A stretch of DNA of 63,809 nucleotides, from assembly GCA_027624555.1 (NCBI GenBank), contig JAQBWN010000001.1:1-63809 (forward strand). The letters are read 5' to 3'. Under the pieces are notes generated by a model. It searched no databases and had not been told where the DNA came from. It saw only the letters and a program-made list of their open reading frames with translations. This DNA is from a bacterium (GTDB taxonomy: Bacteria; Patescibacteriota; Andersenbacteria; UBA10190). This document shows, one piece after another, positions 16,848-26,037 of this stretch (within the stretch, counting starts at the first letter, position 1; each line of letters starts with the position of its first letter). A program made the position numbers and the translations under genes.

Positions 16848-17549
16848 ATGGAAATGCCTCTAGACCTATCACCACTCGAGAAAAAAATCGGGATTACATT
16901 TTTGGATAAGAACACGCTGCTTAGAGCACTTACGCATCGGTCATACTTAAATGAAAATCCCAAATTTGAGCTTGATCATAATGAACGGCTCGAGTTTTTA
17001 GGCGATGCAGTACTCGAGCTGATTGTTACCGACTACCTATACAGAACGTACGGTGAGCTCCAAGAAGGGGAAATGACTAATCTTCGGTCAGCAATCGTAC
17101 GAGGAGAAATGCTTTCTAAAATTGCCGGTGATATGGGTATTGAAGAATATTTACTCCTATCTAGAGGAGAAAAAAAAGATACAGGGAAAGCCAGGCAATA
17201 TATTTTAGCAAATGCCGTTGAGGCCGTTATCGGCGCTGTATACGAAGATCAAGGGTACGAGGGTGCAAAAAAACTCGTAGAAACATTTGTTATATCAAAA
17301 CTCCCGGAAGTTGTTACAAAAGGCCTTCACATTGATATGAAGAGTAAGTTTCAAGAGCTTGCGCAAGAAAAACATCGCATTACTCCTGTATATAAAGTGC
17401 TGAGCGAGTCTGGGCTGGACCATCAAAAAGAATTTATTGTTGGAGTATTTCTCCATGATAAAAAAATGGGCGAGGGGAAGGGGCTTAGCAAGCAAGAGGC
17501 ACAACAACAAGCAGCCACCGCAGCACTTGCTCTCATAGACCAGGCTTGA
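16848..17549 (+). CDS. rnc: Ribonuclease III
   Basis: 233 aa. NERLEFLGDAVLEL signature and a C-terminal dsRBD. Confidence 0.93.
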   Translation: MEMPLDLSPLEKKIGITFLDKNTLLRALTHRSYLNENPKFELDHNERLEFLGDAVLELIVTDYLYRTYGELQEGEMTNLRSAIVRGEMLSKIAGDMGIEEYLLLSRGEKKDTGKARQYILANAVEAVIGAVYEDQGYEGAKKLVETFVISKLPEVVTKGLHIDMKSKFQELAQEKHRITPVYKVLSESGLDHQKEFIVGVFLHDKKMGEGKGLSKQEAQQQAATAALALIDQA

Positions 17550-17582
17550 CCAATTAGACTGTCCTGGGCTACTATTGCATCT

Positions 17583-17897
17583 ATGTTACGAATTCGCTTA
17601 CAACGACGAGGAAAACGAGGATATGCAACGTATCGCGTTGTAGTTGCTGATGGCCACGCACCTATTAAAGGCAGATTCATCGAAGATTTGGGCCATTACA
17701 ATCCACATACGGATAGCTTTGTGGTAGATGCTGAATCGGTAAACAATTGGATTAAAAAAGGAGCGCATCCTTCTGACACTGTTCATAATCTACTAATCAC
17801 GAATAAAGTCATCAAAGGCGAGAAAAAAATGCTTTTTCATCCAAAACCTAAAGCAGAAGTAGCTCCCGCAGAAACGGAAGCTGCAAATGCGAGTTGA
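17583..17897 (+). CDS. rpsP: 30S ribosomal protein S16
   Basis: MLRIRLQRRGKRGYATYRVVVAD...GHYNP. 104 aa. Confidence 0.92.
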   Translation: MLRIRLQRRGKRGYATYRVVVADGHAPIKGRFIEDLGHYNPHTDSFVVDAESVNNWIKKGAHPSDTVHNLLITNKVIKGEKKMLFHPKPKAEVAPAETEAANAS

Positions 17898-17961
17898 CGG
17901 AGAGCCTCCTTCTTGCTATTATAGATTTACTAACCGTTAATAACTTTCATACAACATTCCT

Positions 17962-18381
17962 ATGGAAAATGATCGACAGTCTCATGATGTAGAGTTCGTA
18001 GAATACGTGGTTAAATCTATCGTAGACCACCCAGATGACGTAAAGCTGGAAAGAACAATAGACGAAATGGGAGTTCTTATTACTCTTGCAGTTAACCCGG
18101 AAGATATGGGCCAGATTATTGGTCGCCAAGGGGCAACAGCAAAATCTATCCGAACACTTCTTCGAGTTATCGGCGCGCGAAATAACGCACGAGTTAATTT
18201 GAAAATCAACGAACCAGAAGGTTCTACTCGCAATGTTCGGGGGGCAGAAGGTGTAGCAGTTCCAGCAGAAGGAACACCGTCAGAAGCGGTAACAGTAGAA
18301 GCACCAGCAGCTGATGCGGCTCCAGTGGCAGAAAAGCCAAAGCAATCAGTCGAAGAAGCGCTCGACGATCTCGATCTATAA
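17962..18381 (+). CDS. khpA: KH-domain RNA-binding protein (KhpA/YlqC-like) with an Ala/Glu/Pro-rich tail
   Basis: 139 aa. VEYVVKSIVDHPDDV...GQIIGRQGATAKSIRTLL core, immediately after rpsP as in many bacteria. Confidence 0.8.
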   Translation: MENDRQSHDVEFVEYVVKSIVDHPDDVKLERTIDEMGVLITLAVNPEDMGQIIGRQGATAKSIRTLLRVIGARNNARVNLKINEPEGSTRNVRGAEGVAVPAEGTPSEAVTVEAPAADAAPVAEKPKQSVEEALDDLDL

Positions 18382-18402
18382 CATTTAATAAAGATCTAAA
18401 AT

Positions 18403-18435
18403 AAAAACCTGCTCCTACGCAGGTTTTTATTTTTG
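18403..18435 (+). terminator. Rho-independent terminator
   Basis: aaaaacctgc-tcctac-gcaggttttt followed by atttttg. Confidence 0.75.
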
Positions 18436-18485
18436 TGGTAATATTTAGTAAACAATTACATATTTTTATTTTATTTGAATCGTTC

Positions 18486-21035
18486 ATGTATTACCTTCAC
18501 AAAAAAAGAGTTTTTCAATATATCTTTCTTTTTGCTTTTATTCTCTCGCCCCTTTCCTCCCACGCACAGACAAGCCCATATGGAAATCGTAATTCCACAG
18601 ATGCGCAAGATGCTCTTTCCGGAAAAGCAGGGGCATATAGTCCGCCAGCAGTATACGCAACAAAGACAACGCTAAACCCCATTGATGCATCTGGCACAAT
18701 TTCTGGAACATTTACCATATTAAACAACAGCAAAGAAACAGTAGGAGACATAAAATACCGCGTAGAATTACTCGAAGCTCTTCCGGAGGCAAATGAAAAT
18801 GAATTTGTTGAAGATACAGGGCGCTTGTACGACAGCGTACTATCTAAAGAAATATTTGCACTTCTAAGTGGGGAAGAAAAAGTTGTTCCATTTACATACA
18901 CCCCCCCAGCAGTTCCAGCGGGTGAATATCGTATTTCCATCCAAATTACAACGTCTCAAGGAAGAGACTTGGGTTGGGATACTACAAATGTTTCATTGCA
19001 AGGAACTGCTGATTCTTTTGTAGACCTCGTACCTGGGAATATCATCCTTCCAGAATTTCCTGATGAAGATATTCCATCAACGTCTGGGCCGAACGTTTCT
19101 CCAAATACTACTTTCTCGCTTGAAGCACTTGCGATAAATTCAGGGGATAGTGCAGTAACCGTGACTCCAACTCTTACTGTGTACAACCTTTCAACATCAA
19201 AGGGAGCCCTACAAACTATTCCTCAAGCAAGCATTACACTTACACCAAAACAAGAACTGGAATTTACGATACCTGTTACTGCAAGCACAACTGCCGGAGC
19301 ATACTACGGAACCGTATCTCTTATGTCTGGCGCTACGCGAGTATCCCCCATTGCAGAATACCGCTGGGTAGTCCGCGGTTCTTCCGGAGCTATTATTTCT
19401 GCACGCATCAACAAACTGTTCACGAAATCAACTGAACAAGTAGAAGTATCAGTAGATTACGCTGGCCCCGCAGATGCAGAGACAACTATCAAAGGAACGC
19501 TTCTCATTGAAGTGATAGATGCAAACGGTGTTGCAGGAACGTTCACCGTCCCTGAACAACTAGAACTCACCGACGGTATTGGAAGCGGAATAGCCCAAGT
19601 GCCTCTTACAAGAGACCTAGTTGGTACTCCAGGACTACGCGTTACGTTAAAAGCAGAAGACGGATCAATTCTTGATGTATACGAAGTTGCTATTCCGCTT
19701 ACTGACGAGCAGCTGAAAACACTCGTGCAAGTAGCAGATCCTGTAAACACCGATACAAAAGCAACAGGAAGCAAGCAGTTGGCGTTCTACCTCCTTGTCG
19801 CATCGCTTCTTGTCGGATTATTAGCGCTTGTTCTTCACATGCACAACAAGAAACATTCTACTGCAGTTCCTCTTGGCTTGTTACTCGTGCTTTCAACGCT
19901 CTTCACCATCACTCACGGAGTTCTTGCAGCTGGTAATGGCGCTGGGATAGAAGTGGTAAGTCCAATTACCTTCATCGAAACGCAAACTGGCTGGGGTGAT
20001 CTTGGCAATAAACCTGTTATTGAAGTATTTATTAACAGACCATTTCACGATATGAAAGTTGGAACATATAGCAAAAATGCTGTTCCTTTTGAATATCGCA
20101 TTGAATATGGGGCGTGTAAAAACGCAATTGCAGGTACTAAAATATTGGTTCGCTTCGACAAAAACGGTGGTAAGCATAGCAATTTGACGGGGTCTGGTTC
20201 TAGCGACTGGAAACAAATACTTGCACGTACATTTCGTACTCATAATTGTCGTAGTCACTTCTGTGTTATATCTAGATCTGGTCGCGCAAAATTAAACCTA
20301 TCTGCCTTGAATGCTGAAGCACCAGATACCACGCTACAAATTGGTTCATTTTGGGTAAACAATGAGCGGAAACAAGTAGACGTAGACTCATTTGAAACTG
20401 CTGGTTATTACATCGATAGAAAATATGCTCATATCGTAAACATGTGGCTCAACTTCCTTGATCCGCCAACTATAACGCCAACTCCTAGTCCTACACTAAC
20501 GCCTACTCCAACACCCACACCAACGCCTACCCCAACACCGACTATTCCCACTGACGCAAACAGAGCCCCATGGGCAGTAGCAAGAATGAGTATAGATAAC
20601 GGCGTAACATTTAGTTCGAATGTTACGGTTACTCAAGGTGAGCGTGTAAACGTCCGCATTGCTGCAGGGAGTAAGGGTGGTCGTGGAAGCTTTGACCCAG
20701 ACGGATGGGATACCGTAGGTAAAGGAGTATCTGTAGGCGGTGGTAAGATAGAATGGAACAACAACCTATGGCTAGGAGAACCGAGGTTTGAAAAAACATT
20801 CACAAACCCTAAAAGCCCTGGTGCCACTGAAATGAACCTAGGAGACAAGATATTCTATCTTGCACCCGGTGTATATACATATAATTTATTAAAAATAACT
20901 GATGCAGGAGGCCTTGTATCAAACATTGGTAAGGTAACACTTACGGTTATCGCCAATCTGACTACACCAACGCCACCACCAACACCCACACCAACCGTGC
21001 AATTTAACCCTGGCGGCTTTGTAGAAACACGGTAA
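18486..21035 (+). CDS. Large surface protein with two extracytoplasmic regions joined by a TM hairpin, plus Pro-Thr linkers
   Basis: 849 aa from ATG 18486. Signal peptide, internal TM pair (QLAFYLLVASLLVGLLALVL / AVPLGLLLVLSTLFTI), (PT)n linker at about 20470-20540 and a second at about 20960-20995. Confidence 0.6.
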   Translation: MYYLHKKRVFQYIFLFAFILSPLSSHAQTSPYGNRNSTDAQDALSGKAGAYSPPAVYATKTTLNPIDASGTISGTFTILNNSKETVGDIKYRVELLEALPEANENEFVEDTGRLYDSVLSKEIFALLSGEEKVVPFTYTPPAVPAGEYRISIQITTSQGRDLGWDTTNVSLQGTADSFVDLVPGNIILPEFPDEDIPSTSGPNVSPNTTFSLEALAINSGDSAVTVTPTLTVYNLSTSKGALQTIPQASITLTPKQELEFTIPVTASTTAGAYYGTVSLMSGATRVSPIAEYRWVVRGSSGAIISARINKLFTKSTEQVEVSVDYAGPADAETTIKGTLLIEVIDANGVAGTFTVPEQLELTDGIGSGIAQVPLTRDLVGTPGLRVTLKAEDGSILDVYEVAIPLTDEQLKTLVQVADPVNTDTKATGSKQLAFYLLVASLLVGLLALVLHMHNKKHSTAVPLGLLLVLSTLFTITHGVLAAGNGAGIEVVSPITFIETQTGWGDLGNKPVIEVFINRPFHDMKVGTYSKNAVPFEYRIEYGACKNAIAGTKILVRFDKNGGKHSNLTGSGSSDWKQILARTFRTHNCRSHFCVISRSGRAKLNLSALNAEAPDTTLQIGSFWVNNERKQVDVDSFETAGYYIDRKYAHIVNMWLNFLDPPTITPTPSPTLTPTPTPTPTPTPTPTIPTDANRAPWAVARMSIDNGVTFSSNVTVTQGERVNVRIAAGSKGGRGSFDPDGWDTVGKGVSVGGGKIEWNNNLWLGEPRFEKTFTNPKSPGATEMNLGDKIFYLAPGVYTYNLLKITDAGGLVSNIGKVTLTVIANLTTPTPPPTPTPTVQFNPGGFVETR

Positions 21036-21041
21036 CAACCT

Positions 21042-21686
21042 ATGCGCATTGATATTCTGACTCTGTTTCCGGAGGTATTTGAGCCGTATATCAGCACAAG
21101 CATTATCGGAAGAGCACAACGAGAACAACGTGCAAATATTCACGTTTGGAATATCCGTAACTTCGCAACTGATGAAAGAGGGACTGTAGATGATACTCCG
21201 TATGGCGGAGGCGCTGGCATGGTTATGAAAATCGAGCCGATTCACGCTTGCCTGCAGGCAATAAGTTCACAGTTCACAGTTGCCCGCCCTAAAACTCATA
21301 TAATTGTTTTGTCGGCACGCGGAAAACAATTTACGCAGCAAAAAGCACAAGAATATTCTACGCTCGAACATCTTATTTTAATTTGCGGAAGATACGAGGG
21401 TATAGATCAGCGCGTTGCAGACCATCTTGCAGACGAAGAAATTTCTGTTGGTCCATATGTTGTTGCTGGAGGGGAACTACCCGCAATGCTCGTGACGGAA
21501 TCTGCGGTGCGTTTAATCCCAGGAGTACTCGGCAACCCAGCGTCACTTCATGAAGAATCACATACAGTGTCAGAAAAAATAGAAGCGGCGCAGTACACAA
21601 AACCTGAAGAATATAACGGCTGGAAGGTTCCCGACGTACTCCTATCAGGTGATCATGGTAAAATCGAGAAATGGAGAAACCAATAG
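21042..21686 (+). CDS. trmD: tRNA (guanine37-N1)-methyltransferase
   Basis: 214 aa. MRIDILTLFPEVF..., GRYEGIDQRV, SVGPYVVAGGELPAM. Confidence 0.93.
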   Translation: MRIDILTLFPEVFEPYISTSIIGRAQREQRANIHVWNIRNFATDERGTVDDTPYGGGAGMVMKIEPIHACLQAISSQFTVARPKTHIIVLSARGKQFTQQKAQEYSTLEHLILICGRYEGIDQRVADHLADEEISVGPYVVAGGELPAMLVTESAVRLIPGVLGNPASLHEESHTVSEKIEAAQYTKPEEYNGWKVPDVLLSGDHGKIEKWRNQ

Positions 21687-21690
21687 TATT

Positions 21691-22131
21691 ATGAACACAC
21701 CCCTTTTCCTTATTCCCCTCATCGTTGGATTGATGACGCAATTTTCTAAACGTTTCTTTAATCGAAATTGGTCCCCAGAATTGCATGGCGAAACGCCTCA
21801 TCTGCCACGATACGGAGGCATGCCTAGTGCACATACGGCATTTGCATTTTCTTTGCTTACCGTCATTGCATATACTGCCGGATTTACCAGCCCTCTTTTT
21901 GTAATCGCAGTGGTGGTTGCAGTTATTATTTTAGATGATGCTCTGCGCATGCGCATCTTTTTAGGTCGCCACGGAGAGGCACTTGTTCACCTTATTTCAC
22001 TTCTTCCGAAAGAAGAACAAAAATCCTTCCCTCACCTTGAAAAAAAACTTGGGCACGAACCAGTTGAGGCGCTGGTCGGTGCTTCAGTCGGAATAGCTCT
22101 TACCCTGATGCTCCTGATTATTTTCAGCTAA
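21691..22131 (+). CDS. Divergent PAP2 (acid phosphatase/vanadium haloperoxidase-related, DUF212-like) membrane protein
   Basis: 146 aa from ATG 21691. GGMPSAHTAFAFSL motif, 3-4 TM helices. Confidence 0.6.
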   Translation: MNTPLFLIPLIVGLMTQFSKRFFNRNWSPELHGETPHLPRYGGMPSAHTAFAFSLLTVIAYTAGFTSPLFVIAVVVAVIILDDALRMRIFLGRHGEALVHLISLLPKEEQKSFPHLEKKLGHEPVEALVGASVGIALTLMLLIIFS

Positions 22132-22134
22132 ACC

Positions 22135-23292
22135 ATGTCTACTCGCGTGGCTAGGTATGGCTTTCTGCTTCTCCTCACCGTGGCCGCTATTAAGGTAGCT
22201 CTGTTTACATGGTCATTTTCTCAGTATGACTTTCAAACATACAGTACTGAAACTCCGCTGAGCATTTGGGATAGGTGGGACGCACAAGCATATAAGACGA
22301 TTGCAGCAGGGGGGTACACCTCGACGACTGTTGCACCTGATTACCGTGCTTTTTTAAGCCATTTTCCGCCAGTGTATCCTATTACAATTAAAATAGTGTC
22401 TTTACTGTTTTTCGCACCACTCACGGAAGCGGCTATGCTCGTTTCGTTCATGGCTATTATGAGTGCCTCGTACCTCATGTACAAATTAGTATTTGATCTA
22501 TACAAAAGTATCCCCCTAGCATTTCTCTCTGTATTACTTTTGAATCTGTACCCGACATCCTACTTCACCATTGCCCCGTATACTGAATCATTGTTCATCT
22601 TTTTTATTATTTCGTCTTTCTATCTTCTGAATAAATACCCCCACCATGCATATTTTGCAGGTGTTATGGGTGGCTTGGCAGTGCTTACTCGCTTACTTGG
22701 AATTGCCGTCATTCCCGCGTACATCTACATTATCTGGCAAAAATACCGCGGTAAAAAAGGTACCTCTTTAGCAAGCATAGCCTCAGACTTTTTACTTTTG
22801 TTTTATCCAATAGTAGCAGTGGGTGTATACCTGGCGATTAATAAACACTATTTCGGTAATCCACTATTTTTTTTACAAGAATACGCAACAAACCCCTTCA
22901 GTGCGAAAACAACCAGTTGGCCACTCCAAGAAACATTTCAGTCTCTTATCCTCATTATTCAAAACGCAGTGCAAGGAATTTGGGACGCAGAGCTCATGAA
23001 TACAACTGGATGGGGAGCGCTCTTTACCACGTTTGCCCTGTTAGTTACTATTGCCGGGTTTTTTACACGCATTCGCAAAGAATGGACAATTTTTGGACTA
23101 AGTTATCTTGTATTGTTTTCTTCATTTCGCTGGGGAATTAGCAATGCACGGTACAGCTTTGCTATTTTTAGCATGTTTATTGTGCTGGGAAGTATAAAGA
23201 ATAAATGGGTAGTATCACTGATTAGTATTTGCTTTATTTTCCTTCTTTTGTATTTTAGTCGCATCTACACGAGCGGCGCCTGGGCTTTTTGA
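22135..23292 (+). CDS. Polytopic membrane glycosyltransferase-like protein (GT-C fold, PIG-V/DUF2029-like)
   Basis: 385 aa, at least 9 hydrophobic spans. First loop DRWDAQAYKTIAAGGY is typical of the mannosyltransferase-like GT-C family. Confidence 0.5.
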   Translation: MSTRVARYGFLLLLTVAAIKVALFTWSFSQYDFQTYSTETPLSIWDRWDAQAYKTIAAGGYTSTTVAPDYRAFLSHFPPVYPITIKIVSLLFFAPLTEAAMLVSFMAIMSASYLMYKLVFDLYKSIPLAFLSVLLLNLYPTSYFTIAPYTESLFIFFIISSFYLLNKYPHHAYFAGVMGGLAVLTRLLGIAVIPAYIYIIWQKYRGKKGTSLASIASDFLLLFYPIVAVGVYLAINKHYFGNPLFFLQEYATNPFSAKTTSWPLQETFQSLILIIQNAVQGIWDAELMNTTGWGALFTTFALLVTIAGFFTRIRKEWTIFGLSYLVLFSSFRWGISNARYSFAIFSMFIVLGSIKNKWVVSLISICFIFLLLYFSRIYTSGAWAF

Positions 23293-23314
23293 TGGAAAGT
23301 GTAATTGTTCCCGC

Positions 23315-23342
23315 TTGACAGCGTATTTCCCACACGTATACT
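23315..23342 (+). promoter_or_regulatory. Near-consensus promoter for the 16S rRNA gene
   Basis: ttgaca (23315-23320), 16-nt spacer, tatact (23337-23342), about 180 nt upstream of 16S. Confidence 0.65.
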
Positions 23343-23521
23343 GCTTTATACGACTATTTGATTGAACGTTGCCAATTCAACCCGTGCAAAATGCGGATTT
23401 TGACACGGAAACATTTGCGCAATTTTGCGCGATTGTAAAGTTAATGGCGTAAGAATTTGTCCCCCCGGATAGTTCTTACGTCGCCCGCCATGTGATCTCT
23501 CGCAAGAGATTTTACGTGGTC

Positions 23522-25006
<1,485 letters not shown>

Positions 25007-25198
25007 AGGGAAACTGCCTACATACTATTCGCAAGATTAGAGTGTAGGACCTGGAAGTCGAGGCTTGTACACAATATGCGCAAGTATATTGGGAACGAGT
25101 CACAATTCTTTGAGAATAAGCGGAAAGCACACCTTCCCTTTAACACATGTGGTGTGCGAAAGAGGCAATACTTTACAATCGCGCAAAGCGGCGCAGGA

Positions 25199-25226
25199 AA
25201 ATAACCCCAAATGGGGTTATTTTTGT
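25199..25226 (+). terminator. Rho-independent terminator downstream of 16S
   Basis: aataacccc-aaat-ggggttatt followed by tttg. Confidence 0.7.
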
Positions 25227-25230
25227 TTAT

Positions 25231-25320
25231 GTCATTCCCGCGAATGCGGGAATCCAAGCGATGTGGATGCCCGATCCCAACGTCGCCAAGGCTATGCTGG
25301 GCGCGGCAAGTCGGGCATGA
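25231..25320. repeat. MITE-like repeat (gtcattcccg ... cgggcatga ends)
   Basis: gtcattcccgcgaatgcgggaatccaag... The right half cgtcgccaaggctatgctgggcgcggcaagtcgggcatga parallels 4788-4826. Confidence 0.7.
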
Positions 25321-25380
25321 AAACTCTGCCCATTTTCATTATTTCACGGCTCAATATAGCCTTATTTGTTTTTATGTACC

Positions 25381-25409
25381 TTGACACGATGTAAATATAG
25401 GAGTATGAT
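25381..25409 (+). promoter_or_regulatory. Sigma70-like promoter
   Basis: ttgaca (25381-25386), 17-nt spacer, tatgat (25404-25409). Confidence 0.55.
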
Positions 25410-25460
25410 GTGCGTATTCAGTTACGACCGCTCTTTCATTCTTTTGAGTCACCTGTGTAG

Positions 25461-25820
25461 GTGGTAAAAGAGAAGAAAATTTACAAGGAATTAATCGTGA
25501 ACAAGACAATGAAACAGTATTTTGCTCTCGAGGATTCGTTACTCGCCATCGTGCCAATAGCAGGCGTCGCTGATCCGAGTGGATACTTAGTCACACATCA
25601 TCGATCTTGCATGCTGTGCGACGCTAAAAAAGGGTGGGAAGACACTTTCAGCGACGCTCTTATTGCCCAGGGCGTGGATCTGGAAAGGGTTATCCAACTC
25701 GAATCTACACCCGGCGATCCGATTTTTAAGATGCGAGAAGGAAGGTTGAAGCTGATAAGCCGCTGCGTAAAGCTGGGGGTCATTCTCAGGGCCACGGCGG
25801 AGCTGCTTCCCGAAGATTAG
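25461..25820 (+). CDS. Hypothetical protein in the 16S to tRNA-Ile spacer
   Basis: 119 aa from GTG, or 103 aa from ATG 25509. Flanked by its own promoter and terminator. No recognisable motif. Confidence 0.45.
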   Translation: MVKEKKIYKELIVNKTMKQYFALEDSLLAIVPIAGVADPSGYLVTHHRSCMLCDAKKGWEDTFSDALIAQGVDLERVIQLESTPGDPIFKMREGRLKLISRCVKLGVILRATAELLPED

Positions 25821-25854
25821 GTGATCCAATGTCACACAATCGAAAAACGTCCAC

Positions 25855-25895
25855 AAACCCGATTCACACCAAAAATGTGAATGCGGGTTTTTTCT
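25855..25895 (+). terminator. Rho-independent terminator
   Basis: aacccgattcaca-ccaaaaa-tgtgaatgcgggtt followed by ttttc. Confidence 0.7.
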
Positions 25896-25936
25896 TGCAA
25901 AAAACGTAAATAAAATGTTTACTGTATTCACAGTAC

Positions 25937-26008
25937 GCGCGTGTAGCTCAGTGGTAGAGCACTACACTGATAATGTAGTGGTCGGAAGTTCGATCCTTCC
26001 CACGCGCA
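25937..26008 (+). tRNA. tRNA-Ile(GAU)
   Basis: gcgcgtg-ta-gctc-agtggta-gagc-a-ctaca-ctGATaa-tgtag-tggtc-ggaag-ttcgatc-cttcc-cacgcgc-a. No encoded CCA. Confidence 0.92.
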
Positions 26009-26037
26009 CTAATATAGATTGCTGTTATACTTACATA

